From: Bacillota bacterium
Lineage (GTDB): Bacteria; Bacillota; DTU025
Direction of reading: 5' to 3'
Length of the DNA: 64,000 bases
Assembly: GCA_050951805.1 (NCBI GenBank)
Contig: JBMNJT010000002.1
Location: 1,120,001-1,184,000, forward strand
The notes under the pieces were generated by a model, which saw nothing but the letters and a program-made list of their open reading frames with translations, searched no databases and had not been told where the DNA came from. Positions 50,309-60,172 of this stretch are shown here, piece by piece. Made by a program: the position numbers and the translations under genes. Numbering within the stretch: the first letter of the stretch is position 1; each line of letters begins with the position of its first letter.

Positions 50309-50906
50309 CAGAGAATCCCGGAACGAGTGGCCGTCTCCAGACGGCGAAACCGAAGCTAGAAAGAGGAAATACAGATGGACCGCCCTCATAGTTGCGCTGT
50401 TGCTCGTCGCGTCATTTTCCGGCTACATGTGGTTCCTGAAGAATCGAAAGCCGGATCGGTATCCTGGTGGGTCTGACGTGGTTGCCGGAGGGCGTGTTGC
50501 CGCTAGGCTCTCGGCTCTGCTCGACCAGAGCCACGAGTATGGTTGGTCCAGAGTGGAAGAGGAGCTTTCGCCGGTGGGGCATGGTCGTTGGGACCCGTTC
50601 AAGACTTTGCTTCCCGATCCGGTGCAGATAGTCCCCGTGGAACCGAGGACGCCGATTCCAGCTTTGCCGGAGCCCGAAGATTCAGCCCCTTGTGAACCGG
50701 CTTTGCCCAAGGTTCGGCTGACCGGAGTCTTAAAGTCGGGCGATAGGGCGATTGCATTGCTTTTAGTGGACGGGAGAAGCGTGATAACGCGCGTCGGAGA
50801 CGCGCCCTTCGATGGCGCAGAGGTCCGCTCTATCGACGACAAGTCCATAACGATTTCGTTTGGCGGGACTGATTTCACTTACCAACTGGGAGGTGAGCGG
50901 AGATGA
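50280..50906 (+). CDS. PilP/GspC-like pilus alignment protein (TM-anchored)
   Basis: TM helix, GRWDPF motif, Pro-rich linker, LTGVL...ALL..DG beta domain; between pilO and secretin. Confidence 0.65.
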   Translation: MMIRLALDLSRESRNEWPSPDGETEARKRKYRWTALIVALLLVASFSGYMWFLKNRKPDRYPGGSDVVAGGRVAARLSALLDQSHEYGWSRVEEELSPVGHGRWDPFKTLLPDPVQIVPVEPRTPIPALPEPEDSAPCEPALPKVRLTGVLKSGDRAIALLLVDGRSVITRVGDAPFDGAEVRSIDDKSITISFGGTDFTYQLGGERR

Positions 50907-53900
50907 GAAATAGGGGATTGGGAAGGCGAGCGGCGGCAGCATTGGCTCTCATCTTGTGCCTGGCCTTCGCTGGGCAGGCTGCATTTGGCGCCTTGGAGCG
51001 CCGCGTCGATCTTGACCTGGTAGATGCTGAACTTGCAGACGTGTTTCGCGCCCTAGCGGAACTGGGAGATATGAATATAGTGCTCGACCCCGCGGTACGC
51101 GGAACCCTCACAATTCGCCTTCATGGCCTTGCAGTCGAAGACGCGCTTAGGCTCGTCGCCTACACTACCGGCGTGAAATACAGGGTCGAAGGCTCTACAA
51201 TGATCGTCCTTCCGCCGGGCGCTGTTTCAACCAGCCTGGAGCCGCTGGGCATCGAGAAGTTCTCGCTCACCTATGCCAGAACGACTGACGTTATTGGCCC
51301 TGCAAGGCTTGTTGCAGGCGGAGCGAAACTGGAGGCGGATGAGCGGACCAACTCCATCATCGCCTGTGGGTCAGCCGAAGAGCTCAGGGCCATAGGTGAT
51401 GTACTGAGGATGCTTGACGTTCCTGTCCAGTTGCCTCCGGAGGCCATCGCTTCGCTTGCCGATGCTGGGTTGTCTTCGGGCCGCGAGTCTCTCGAGATTA
51501 TTAGGCTCCAACATGCCCCCGCCCAGGGGGTGGCCGACCTGTTGGCCTTGGTGGTTCCTGCCGACAGGATGCGGGTGGATTCACGCACGAACACCATAGT
51601 GGTCATCATTGACGAGGCCTCCCGTGAAAGAGCGATGAAGATAGTATCCGAAGTGGACGTGGCAGAGCCCCCTGATGATGGAGGTTTTTCGAGTGTTCCC
51701 GGGAAGGGTGTAAACCTGCAGACTGAGGCAGTCGAGGCCGAGACGGTGAAAGTGATCAAGCTTGCGTGGGCCCCCGTGGACAGGGTCCGTGAAGCCCTCA
51801 GTGTCATCATCGACCTTTCCAAGGTTGGAATGGATTCACGCACAAATTCGCTCATTGTAAATGCGACGCCTGAACAGATAGCCCGGATTGAAGAGGTTGT
51901 GACTCTTCTCGATGTCGCTGTGGTAGCCGGGGAAAAGCAGCCTGCACCAGCCCATGATGGTATACATATGTTCAAGCTCGAGCACGCATCAGCCAAATCA
52001 GTGCGAGACGTCCTTACCATGATCCTGCCCCCTGAAAAAATGCAGGTGGACGAGAGGACGAACACCGTGGTGATAATGGCGGATGATGATACTTGCGCTC
52101 GAGTTGTAGAACTTGTTGAGACTTTGGATGTAGAAACTGCGGCCGACCAGGCACTCATCGGGGAAGAGAAGATCGTTGAGACTATCCCCTTGGCCCATGC
52201 CTCTTTGGATGCAATTCGAGATGCCCTGGCTTTGGTGGTGCCGAAAGAAGCTGTCGTAATCGATGAGAGGACGCGGTCGGTAATCGTGAAAGGCACCCGG
52301 TCGCAGCGTGAGCGTGCCCGCGAGATCGCAGCCCTTCTTGACGTGCCGGACGGGCCTTTACATGAGACAGGAGCCGCGACAGATCCCTCTTCGGAGCCGA
52401 CAACCAACATCCGCGCATTCAGGCTTCGTGAGGCCGACCCTGAATCCGTTAAAGAGGCCCTCTCGATGGTGATGCCGAAGACTTCTATTTATGTGGACGC
52501 GCGCACCAAATCTGTATTGGTCGTCGGGCTCTTAGACGAACTGGCCCGTGCAGCGGAGATCGTTGCCCTTATCGACCAACCATCTCGTGATGACGTCAGT
52601 GTGGGTTTGGCAAAAGGCGAGTCGGAAATCCTGGAAATGAGGGTGATCCGGCTGGTTCATGCCCCGGCTGCGAAAATTCGGGATATGATTGCTCCGATAA
52701 TGCCGGAGATCAGGATTGCCGCGGACGAGCGTAGCAATTCATTGCTGATAGTTGCTTCCCCGTCTTTGCAGGAGCGCGCAGCTAGCGTGGTGACGGCTCT
52801 CGACATAGAGGTTCTCCAGCCCGAGCAGGGCACTGAGCCTGCAGCGCCGCGCGATCCCGAGGTGACCCGGGTGGTTACGCTTGCCCATGCCGAAGCCGCA
52901 GAGGTTCGTGAGGCTTTGGCCCCGATAGTGCCGATTTCCAGCATCACTGTGGATCCCCGTACGAATTCCTTGGTGATCGTGGCGGCGCAGTCGAAGATGG
53001 ACAGGGCGCTGGACGTTGTGGCGAAACTGGATGTGGAGACTGCGGCGAGTTCCGAGAGCCTCCCTGAGGAGGCGGCGCACGTGTCCGAAAGCCCGAAAGC
53101 CGAGGTGGTGAGGTTGAAATATGCATCGCCATCGAAGGTTCGGGATGCCCTGGCGCCTACGATTCCCGTATCGAGGATAAGCGTGGACGAGCGAACCGGG
53201 TCGCTCGTTATCGTGGGAACAGAGGCCGAGATGACACAGGCCCTTGCGATTATAGACAAGCTCGACATAGAGGTTCTCCAGCCCGAGCAGGGCACCGAGC
53301 CTGCAGCGCCGCGTGATCCCGAGGTGACCCGGGTGGTGACGCTTGCCCATGCCGAAGCCGCAGAGGTTCGTGAGGCTTTGGCCCCGATAGTGCCGATCTC
53401 CAGCATCACTGTGGATCCCCGTACGAATTCCTTGGTGATCGTGGCGGCGCAGTCGAGGATGGACAGGGCGCTGGACGTTGTGGCAAAACTGGATGTGGAG
53501 ACTGTGGCGAGTTCCGAGAGCCTCCCTGAGGAGGCGGCGCACGTGTCCGAAAGCCCGAAAGCCGAGGTGGTGAGGTTGAAATATGCATCGCCATCGAAGG
53601 TTCGGGATGCCCTGGCGCCTACGATTCCCGTATCGAGGATAAGCGTGGACGAGCGAACCGGGTCGCTCGTTATCGTGGGAACAGAGGCCGAGATGACACA
53701 GGCCCTTGCGATTATAGACAAGCTCGACATAGAGGTTCTCCAGCCCGAGCAGGGCACCGAGCCTGCAGCGCCGCGTGATCCCGAGGTGACCCGGGTGGTG
53801 ATGCTTGCCCATGCCGAAGCCGCAGAGGTTCGTGAGGCTTTGGCCCCGATAGTGCCGATCTCCAGCATCACTGTGGATCCCCGTACGAATTCCTTGGTGA

Positions 53901-55330
53901 TCGTGGCGGCACAGTCGAGGATGGACAGGGCCCTTGAAGTCGTGGGGAAGCTCGACATAGAAGTTGGCACTGCCGAGGAGGAACATGACTTGGCGCAGGC
54001 GGAGCGGCCTGAGGTCGTGGCCTACAGGCTTGCATACGCGAGCGCAGAGTCGCTGCGCCCTGCTTTGGGTCTCGTTGCGTCCCCTTCCGACTTGGAAGTT
54101 GACGAAAGGACAAATACTTTGATCGTCAGGGCCGTGCCTTCGGTGCAGGAACGTGTAGCAGAGCTCGTGGCGTCCCTCGACATACCTGTGGAGGTGCCGA
54201 AAGCCCCCGAGCCCGGGCTCGAGATATTGCGGATTTTCAGACTGAAGCATGCCTCGCCGTCGGAGATGAAATCGCTTTTGGGCTTGATTGCGCCAAAGGC
54301 CAAGATGCAGCCGGATGACCGGACAGGTTCTCTCGTGGTTCTCGCTCCCGCTGAAACCATCCCTGAATTGGAGGCGCTCATCGAGAGCCTGGACCTTCCA
54401 TCAGTGGCGTCAAAGGACGAGCCTGACCCGGTGGTGACCAGGATATACAGGCTCAACTACGCATCGCCTTCCGACATCGAGCGGGCCTTGGGAAGCTTCG
54501 TAGAAGGAACCATAGGATCAGATGCCCGAACATCCTCAGTCGTGGTAAGAGCGGCCCAGTCCGAACAGGCGAAGGCGCTCGAGCTCATAGACTCCCTCGA
54601 TTCAGAACTTCCCCAAGTGCTGATCGAGGCGAGGCTGGAGGAACTAACGGGAGACGCAGCCAGGAAACTGGGTATCGACTGGACCTTTTCAGGCCTCTCA
54701 TTCGGCGAGAATGCCTTTGGCCAGTGGGTGAGTGTTAGCATGGACTTCCTTGCCAACCTTACCGCCTTGGAGGAATCGGGACATGCAACGCTAATAAGCA
54801 GGCAGCATACTTTCACCGTTGACGGCAAGACAGGGAAGATCCTCATAGGCGACAGGATCCCTATCATAACCCAGGAAGTCCAGGACGGGCAGGCCGTGAA
54901 TAGAGTGGAGTTCATAAACGCAGGCATCGAGCTTGCGATAACTCCCAAAGTGAGCAGCGACGGGACTATAACTGCCACGGTCAAGCCGGTGATCAGCTCG
55001 ATAGTGGGGTGGACTCCTCAGAACTACCCGCAGATCAGGACTAGAGAGCTGGAAACTGTAGTTTCCCTTAAGAGTGGACAGACTGCTGTCATCGGCGGAC
55101 TCCTACATCGCGACGAGGTGGAGGGGATGGCAAAGGTGCCGCTTTTGGGAGATATCCCGCTTCTGGGAGAGTTGTTCAAGAAGCGGACTACGACTACAAA
55201 CACCACAGAGCTGGTGATGTTGATCACGGCGTACCAGGTCAACCCCGGGCAGCGGTCGGCAGTGGGACCTGCGCAGGAAGGCGACTCATTCCCGATAGTA
55301 GTGGAAGATGCGCTGGGCGGAAAGAAGTGA
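50903..55330 (+). CDS. pilQ: Giant secretin (PilQ/GspD family) with N0 and ~15 Secretin_N domains
   Basis: Signal peptide, N0/STN domain, 15 repeats of L.HA...DxRTNS..V...LD, C-terminal PQVLIEA...GIELAITPKV...KVPLLGDIPLLGELFK secretin domain. Confidence 0.9.
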   Translation: MRNRGLGRRAAAALALILCLAFAGQAAFGALERRVDLDLVDAELADVFRALAELGDMNIVLDPAVRGTLTIRLHGLAVEDALRLVAYTTGVKYRVEGSTMIVLPPGAVSTSLEPLGIEKFSLTYARTTDVIGPARLVAGGAKLEADERTNSIIACGSAEELRAIGDVLRMLDVPVQLPPEAIASLADAGLSSGRESLEIIRLQHAPAQGVADLLALVVPADRMRVDSRTNTIVVIIDEASRERAMKIVSEVDVAEPPDDGGFSSVPGKGVNLQTEAVEAETVKVIKLAWAPVDRVREALSVIIDLSKVGMDSRTNSLIVNATPEQIARIEEVVTLLDVAVVAGEKQPAPAHDGIHMFKLEHASAKSVRDVLTMILPPEKMQVDERTNTVVIMADDDTCARVVELVETLDVETAADQALIGEEKIVETIPLAHASLDAIRDALALVVPKEAVVIDERTRSVIVKGTRSQRERAREIAALLDVPDGPLHETGAATDPSSEPTTNIRAFRLREADPESVKEALSMVMPKTSIYVDARTKSVLVVGLLDELARAAEIVALIDQPSRDDVSVGLAKGESEILEMRVIRLVHAPAAKIRDMIAPIMPEIRIAADERSNSLLIVASPSLQERAASVVTALDIEVLQPEQGTEPAAPRDPEVTRVVTLAHAEAAEVREALAPIVPISSITVDPRTNSLVIVAAQSKMDRALDVVAKLDVETAASSESLPEEAAHVSESPKAEVVRLKYASPSKVRDALAPTIPVSRISVDERTGSLVIVGTEAEMTQALAIIDKLDIEVLQPEQGTEPAAPRDPEVTRVVTLAHAEAAEVREALAPIVPISSITVDPRTNSLVIVAAQSRMDRALDVVAKLDVETVASSESLPEEAAHVSESPKAEVVRLKYASPSKVRDALAPTIPVSRISVDERTGSLVIVGTEAEMTQALAIIDKLDIEVLQPEQGTEPAAPRDPEVTRVVMLAHAEAAEVREALAPIVPISSITVDPRTNSLVIVAAQSRMDRALEVVGKLDIEVGTAEEEHDLAQAERPEVVAYRLAYASAESLRPALGLVASPSDLEVDERTNTLIVRAVPSVQERVAELVASLDIPVEVPKAPEPGLEILRIFRLKHASPSEMKSLLGLIAPKAKMQPDDRTGSLVVLAPAETIPELEALIESLDLPSVASKDEPDPVVTRIYRLNYASPSDIERALGSFVEGTIGSDARTSSVVVRAAQSEQAKALELIDSLDSELPQVLIEARLEELTGDAARKLGIDWTFSGLSFGENAFGQWVSVSMDFLANLTALEESGHATLISRQHTFTVDGKTGKILIGDRIPIITQEVQDGQAVNRVEFINAGIELAITPKVSSDGTITATVKPVISSIVGWTPQNYPQIRTRELETVVSLKSGQTAVIGGLLHRDEVEGMAKVPLLGDIPLLGELFKKRTTTTNTTELVMLITAYQVNPGQRSAVGPAQEGDSFPIVVEDALGGKK
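52799..53931 (+). repeat. Near-identical 462-bp in-frame tandem repeat (~2.45 copies) within the secretin gene
   Basis: Units start with CTCGACATAGAGGTTCTCCAGCCCGAG at 52799, 53261 and 53723. Confidence 0.95.
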
Positions 55331-55408
55331 ACAGATCGACTGCTGTGCGGGCCGCTCGCGTGAAGCGCCGCATCTAGCCAGGATGGCCGGTGGCGTTGCG
55401 ATGCCGTG

Positions 55409-55440
55409 GAGAGCGGTCGCTTTCTCGGGCGATCGCTCTC
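55409..55440 (+). terminator. Hairpin downstream of the pilus cluster
   Basis: GAGAGCGGTCGC-8 nt-GCGATCGCTCTC inverted repeat; no clear U tract. Confidence 0.4.
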
Positions 55441-55525
55441 GACACTTGCTGGTGAAATAGCGTGCGCTATTGCCTCCAATTATTGTTTGAGCCACAATGT
55501 TGTGGTAGAGTAATTTGCGGGAGGA

Positions 55526-56590
55526 ATGAAGATGAGACTCGGGAAGCTACGCGCCCAATTTAGAGAACGAGATATAGATGGCTTTATAATCGCATCCTAC
55601 GAGAACCGCTACTATATGAGCGGGTTTTCCGGGACTGCCGGGACCTTAGTGATCAGCGCGGACGACGCAGTATTGATCACCGACTTCAGATACGTGGAGC
55701 AGGCGAAAGCACAGGCTCCCGAGTTCCGTGTAATCATGCACAAAGGCCCGATGGTGGACACGGTGAAAGAAGTAGTGGCCGGCATGGGCTTAAAAAGAGT
55801 TGGATTCGAATCGGCGAGGATCACGTTTTCAGAGTATGCTCTGATAAGAGATGCTCTGGAAGGCGTGGAGTTGGTTCCTGAGAAGGACGTTGTTGAGTCC
55901 CTCAGGATGATCAAGAGCGATGAGGAGATCGCACTGATAGCTGAGGCATGCAGGATAACGGATGCCGCGTTTGATCATATCCTCGGGTACATTAAGCCGG
56001 GAGTGACCGAATCGGAGATAGCCAACGAGCTTGTCAGCTTTATGGTCAAGCACGATGTGAAGCCGAGCTTTGATTTTATAGTGGCCTCCGGAGAAAGAAG
56101 CGCGCTGCCGCATGGCGTGGCATCTGACAAGATCATCGAACCTGGGGATTTCGTCACACTCGATTTCGGCGGGTTTTACAGGCGGTATACTTCCGACATG
56201 ACCCGAACTGTGGTTGTGGGCACGCCCACCGAAGAGCAGAAAGCCATATACGATTTGGTGCTCAGGGCGCAGTTGGAGTCGATCGACGCAGCGAAAGCTG
56301 GGACCACCGGCAAAGAGGTGGATAGCGTTGCTAGGGGAATAATAGAAGATGCGGGGCACGGGGAGCATTTCGGCCATGGGCTGGGCCACTCTGTTGGGTT
56401 GGAGATTCATGAGAACCCGCGTTTCTCGCCTGCTGATTCTAGCCTGATTGAGCCGGGAATGGTGCTCTCTGTCGAGCCAGGCGTCTATGTGCCTGGTTGG
56501 GGCGGAGTCCGGATAGAGGACCTTGTGGTAATCACCGACGGAGAGGCTAGGGTCCTGAGCAGTTCACCGAAAAACCTCATTCAACTGTAA
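55526..56590 (+). CDS. pepP: Xaa-Pro aminopeptidase (M24)
   Basis: TDFRY, SALPHG, DFGG...SDMTRT, HGLGHSVGLEIHE, EPGVY, GVRIED. Confidence 0.9.
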   Translation: MKMRLGKLRAQFRERDIDGFIIASYENRYYMSGFSGTAGTLVISADDAVLITDFRYVEQAKAQAPEFRVIMHKGPMVDTVKEVVAGMGLKRVGFESARITFSEYALIRDALEGVELVPEKDVVESLRMIKSDEEIALIAEACRITDAAFDHILGYIKPGVTESEIANELVSFMVKHDVKPSFDFIVASGERSALPHGVASDKIIEPGDFVTLDFGGFYRRYTSDMTRTVVVGTPTEEQKAIYDLVLRAQLESIDAAKAGTTGKEVDSVARGIIEDAGHGEHFGHGLGHSVGLEIHENPRFSPADSSLIEPGMVLSVEPGVYVPGWGGVRIEDLVVITDGEARVLSSSPKNLIQL

Positions 56591-56605
56591 CCAGGGGGGT
56601 TCCTC

Positions 56606-57163
56606 ATGATTTCCACGAATGATTTTAGAACCGGGCTTACCATCGAATGGGATGGCGGAGTCTGGACTGTCGTCGATTTTCAGCATGTCAAACCCGGAAA
56701 GGGCGCCGCGTTCGTTCGGGCGAAACTGAAGAACGTGATCACCGGCGCTGTGATCGAGAATACTTTCCGGGCGGGTGAGAAACTGCCGAAGGCACAGATA
56801 GAGTACAGGGAGATGCAGTTCCTGTATGAATCGGGCGGGCAGTATTTCCTGATGGATCAGAATACTTATGACCAGATATCCCTCAGCCAAGACGTATTGG
56901 CCGACGCCATCCAGTATCTCAAAGAGAACATGATCATAGGAGTTCAATTCTACGAGGGTTCGCCCATCGGTATCGAGCTACCGAACTTCGTGGAGCTGGA
57001 GATAGTGGAGACGGATCCCGGCCTTCGCGGCGATACGGCTTCAGGCGGAACCAAGCCTGCCAAGCTGGAGACAGGCGCCGTGGTGCAAGTGCCCCTGTTC
57101 GTGCAGACAGGCGACAAGATTAGGGTAGATACCCGCACCAACCAGTATCTGGAGCGCGTGTAA
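56606..57163 (+). CDS. efp: Elongation factor P
   Basis: [28 protein letters not shown]. Confidence 0.98.
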   Translation: MISTNDFRTGLTIEWDGGVWTVVDFQHVKPGKGAAFVRAKLKNVITGAVIENTFRAGEKLPKAQIEYREMQFLYESGGQYFLMDQNTYDQISLSQDVLADAIQYLKENMIIGVQFYEGSPIGIELPNFVELEIVETDPGLRGDTASGGTKPAKLETGAVVQVPLFVQTGDKIRVDTRTNQYLERV

Positions 57164-57660
57164 GCGCGCCGGGTGGGACGTGCAGGGCGCGTTTGGGGTG
57201 GATTGGTGTGGTGCAAAACAATCAGGTGTAGAATGTGGCGACCGCAAAGCGCGGTCGCTTCCTTATATGTCATCGAAGATTCGCCCCAAAAGACGGCACG
57301 TGCAGTTATCGCTCATATCCCGGGGCAAAGCTGATTTGATCAGCGCGAAAAACAAGAGCGTGCTTCAGCCCCTACTTCAATCTTAGACTTGTAAAACTTG
57401 GGTGTTTGAGGCGGCCGCGGCCTTGAAAGGTTGGCTTATTAGGAGCGTTGTCTGTACTTTTTTAGTGTATGCAGTGTAAGATGGCCCATATTGGGTGATT
57501 CCACGCTGGAATAATAAAAAGGCAGGCGATGCCATGGTCGAATGTGAGCTTTCGCTTTCGTCTTCAGGCAACGCGTTCAGAGCGTCTGCCTAATTCTCTT
57601 TTCAGACTATGCACACACAAGTTCTATCGCACTCATGCGAAAATCGGCATCCTCGTCCGG

Positions 57661-57688
57661 TCATATTCCTTGCGCCAGCCCATATTAT
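57661..57688 (+). promoter_or_regulatory. Sigma-E promoter of the spoIIIA operon
   Basis: TCATATT-13 bp-CATATTAT, close to the sigma-E consensus; spoIIIA is sigma-E dependent in studied spore-formers. Confidence 0.65.
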
Positions 57689-57733
57689 TGAATAGCATGT
57701 CTCTGATTTGAAACCGGTCTTGGGGGGACATTT

Positions 57734-58825
57734 GTGAGGCGCATTGTTCGAGATCTTGTGGCGGAACAGATCTGTCCGGCTCTCCCCCCACGTGCCCGCG
57801 AGGCTGTTAAGGCTCTGCCTGATGAGGTCAGACAGAGCCTTACAGAGATAAGGCTGAGGCGTGGGCGTCCCGCCATGGGAGTGGTGCCTGAGGGCGACTT
57901 TTACCTCTCCTCAGACGGACAACCCTTGTGGCTGGACCGTGGCAGGGCGGCCTTTAGCTCGGAGATTCCCGCAAGCGCGGTCATGTGCAGTGAGGATGAG
58001 TGGGACGCTGCGATGCGGCTTGTAACAGAATGCTCCATATACGCCCTTGAGAGGGAGCTCGCCGCGGGCTACATCACTCTCCGCGGGGGGCACAGGGTGG
58101 GGCTCGTGGGCCGTGCTGTCCTAGAAGGGGGCCGAATTCGGACGCAGCGGGAGCTTTCGGCCATGAATTTCCGGATAGCAAGGCAGATCATTGGCGCAGC
58201 AGACAGTATCATGCCTTACATTGTTCGCCGCGTCGGAACGTTACAGCACCATCGGGTTTCAGTCTTTAGCACTCTCATCCTTTCCGGGCCCGGGTACGGC
58301 AAGACGACTCTGCTCCGGGATATTGCACGACAGCTTTCGTACGGTCAAAACGGAACGGGCCTCATGGTTGGCGTCGTGGACGAGCGTTCTGAGATCGCCG
58401 CATGCTCAGGCGGCATTCCTGGAAACGACTTGGGCCCAAGAGCGGACGTAATCGATAGCTGCCCGAAGGCCGAAGGAATGATGATCATGATAAGGTCGAT
58501 GTCGCCCGATGTCATCGTTACTGACGAGATAGGCCATGCCGCTGACAGCGAGGCTATCGAAGAGGCGCGCAGGTGCGGCGTGGCTGTGATTGCCAGCGCC
58601 CACGCTTCCGACTGGGATGATGCGCAAAGGAGGCCCGCCCTACGCGACATTTTGGCTCGGGGCGCGTTTGAAAGAGGAATACTCCTCAGCAACAGGCTTG
58701 GAATTTGCACGTGTGAACGCATTGTCCACATGGCGACAGGGACAGATCTCTTGGATTCCCCGTTTCTTCTTTCGGCCCGGGCGGACGAAAGGGACGGAGG
58801 TGCATGCAGATGCGGGTTGCGCTGA
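57734..58825 (+). CDS. spoIIIAA: Stage III sporulation ATPase AA
   Basis: EIRLR, GYITLRGGHRVG, GKTTLLRDIAR, VDERSEIA, RSMSPDVIVTDEIG. Confidence 0.95.
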   Translation: MRRIVRDLVAEQICPALPPRAREAVKALPDEVRQSLTEIRLRRGRPAMGVVPEGDFYLSSDGQPLWLDRGRAAFSSEIPASAVMCSEDEWDAAMRLVTECSIYALERELAAGYITLRGGHRVGLVGRAVLEGGRIRTQRELSAMNFRIARQIIGAADSIMPYIVRRVGTLQHHRVSVFSTLILSGPGYGKTTLLRDIARQLSYGQNGTGLMVGVVDERSEIAACSGGIPGNDLGPRADVIDSCPKAEGMMIMIRSMSPDVIVTDEIGHAADSEAIEEARRCGVAVIASAHASDWDDAQRRPALRDILARGAFERGILLSNRLGICTCERIVHMATGTDLLDSPFLLSARADERDGGACRCGLR

Positions 58826-59352
58826 AGATAGCCGGAGCGGCGCTTACCATAATCTCCAGCGGCCTTGCTGGACTGACTGTGGCCTGCTCGTACCGGACGC
58901 ACGCGAGGGAGCTTGCCGGCTGGGTTACTGCCCTTGCTGTGCTGGAGACGGAGATATCATATGGCTTGACCAAACTGGGCCAAGCCATGCGCCACGCGGG
59001 ACAGTCTGCTGGCGGAAGCCCCAAACGGGTCCTCGCCCGCGCGGCTGACCTTCTTGAGGATGGGGGTTACGGGTCGGCAGGTGATTGCATATCGAAGGCT
59101 TTGACCGAGGAAACGGCGTCATGCAGCTTTCTTTGGAGTGACAAATGGCGCGAGGATCTGGAAGCCGTAGTAGTGCTCGGCGAGGCGTTGGGCGCCTCCG
59201 ACTCCGCTGATCAGGCCCGACATATCTCTCTTGCCTCTCGCCGACTAGAGAGGCGAAGACAGCTCGCAGAAGAAGCCGCCACAGTCAATTACCGTCTATG
59301 GTCGGCAATGGGGTTCCTTATAGGTGGCATGGTGGCCATAGCCTTGATCTGA
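58804..59352 (+). CDS. spoIIIAB: Stage III sporulation protein AB
   Basis: LKIAGA, LETEISYG, LGASD..DQ; operon position. Confidence 0.88.
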   Translation: MQMRVALKIAGAALTIISSGLAGLTVACSYRTHARELAGWVTALAVLETEISYGLTKLGQAMRHAGQSAGGSPKRVLARAADLLEDGGYGSAGDCISKALTEETASCSFLWSDKWREDLEAVVVLGEALGASDSADQARHISLASRRLERRRQLAEEAATVNYRLWSAMGFLIGGMVAIALI

Positions 59353-59387
59353 CGAACCTTGCGCACAATGAAAAGGAGGGCCTAACA

Positions 59388-59585
59388 GTGGGGCTCGACT
59401 TGGTCCTGAGGATAGCAGGCGTAGGCATTCTCGCCTCGGTGCTGTGCACGATCCTGAAGCAACAGGATAAAGAGGAATACTCGTTGCTGGTAGCCACGGC
59501 TGGGCTCGTGGTGGTCTTCGTCATGCTCTTGGATTATATAGAGGAACTGCTTTCAAGCGTGCGCACTGTATTCAGACTATGGTAA
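59388..59585 (+). CDS. spoIIIAC: Stage III sporulation protein AC
   Basis: IAGVGIL...ILKQ..KEE; AAGGAGG RBS before GTG 59388. Confidence 0.9.
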   Translation: MGLDLVLRIAGVGILASVLCTILKQQDKEEYSLLVATAGLVVVFVMLLDYIEELLSSVRTVFRLW

Positions 59586-59600
59586 GGGGCGGACTGCGAC

Positions 59601-59990
59601 GTGGAGATATTTCAGGTTGTGGGCATGGCGATCTTGGGAGCGGTCCTCCTTGCATTCCTGAGGCAGACTCGGTCCGACATGGCAATTGTCCTTTCGGCCG
59701 CTCTGGGCATCGTCGTCTTCCTCATGGTTGTAACGCGTCTAGCCTACTTCGTAGAAGTCCTGTCCGACCTCGCAGTGCGTGCAGGGGTCAACAGAATGTA
59801 CCTCGATACTGTTCTGAGAGTAATTGGTGTGGCGTATCTCGCGGCCTTTGGCGGACAGGTGTGCCGCGATGCCGGGGAGGGGGCTTTAGCTACAAAAGTG
59901 GAGCTTGCAGGAAAAGTCCTCATCCTGGCGATGTCTGTCCCATTGATGTTTGCTTTACTCGATCTGATCCTGAGGATCCTTCCGTCATGA
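59601..59990 (+). CDS. spoIIIAD: Stage III sporulation protein AD
   Basis: MEIFQVVG, IGVAYLA.FG..VCRDAGE..LA.KVELAGK. Confidence 0.93.
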   Translation: MEIFQVVGMAILGAVLLAFLRQTRSDMAIVLSAALGIVVFLMVVTRLAYFVEVLSDLAVRAGVNRMYLDTVLRVIGVAYLAAFGGQVCRDAGEGALATKVELAGKVLILAMSVPLMFALLDLILRILPS

Positions 59991-60172
59991 TGCGCCTAGG
60001 ACTGGTGAAACTCCCTTTAGTGCAGGTGGGAGGTGGCGGCCTCGCAGAAGAGGCAATCGCGGGAAGAACTCCAGGATCGGCGTGGATAGCCGGGACGGTC
60101 CGGATGGTGAAAAAGGGGAAAACAAGTGTGCGTTCTGGAGGCGCTGGCCAGGTTGGGACTGGCCCGAAAGGC

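Noticed and set aside
51271-54984. Long minus-strand ORFs (379, 437, 503 and 175 aa) opposite the secretin gene
   Set aside because: Shadow frames of a GC-rich gene, lengthened by the tandem repeat; no recognisable motifs
59579-60172. Apparent long N-terminal extension of SpoIIIAE (604-aa ORF)
   Set aside because: Overlaps spoIIIAD in another frame; artefact of choosing the earliest start codon
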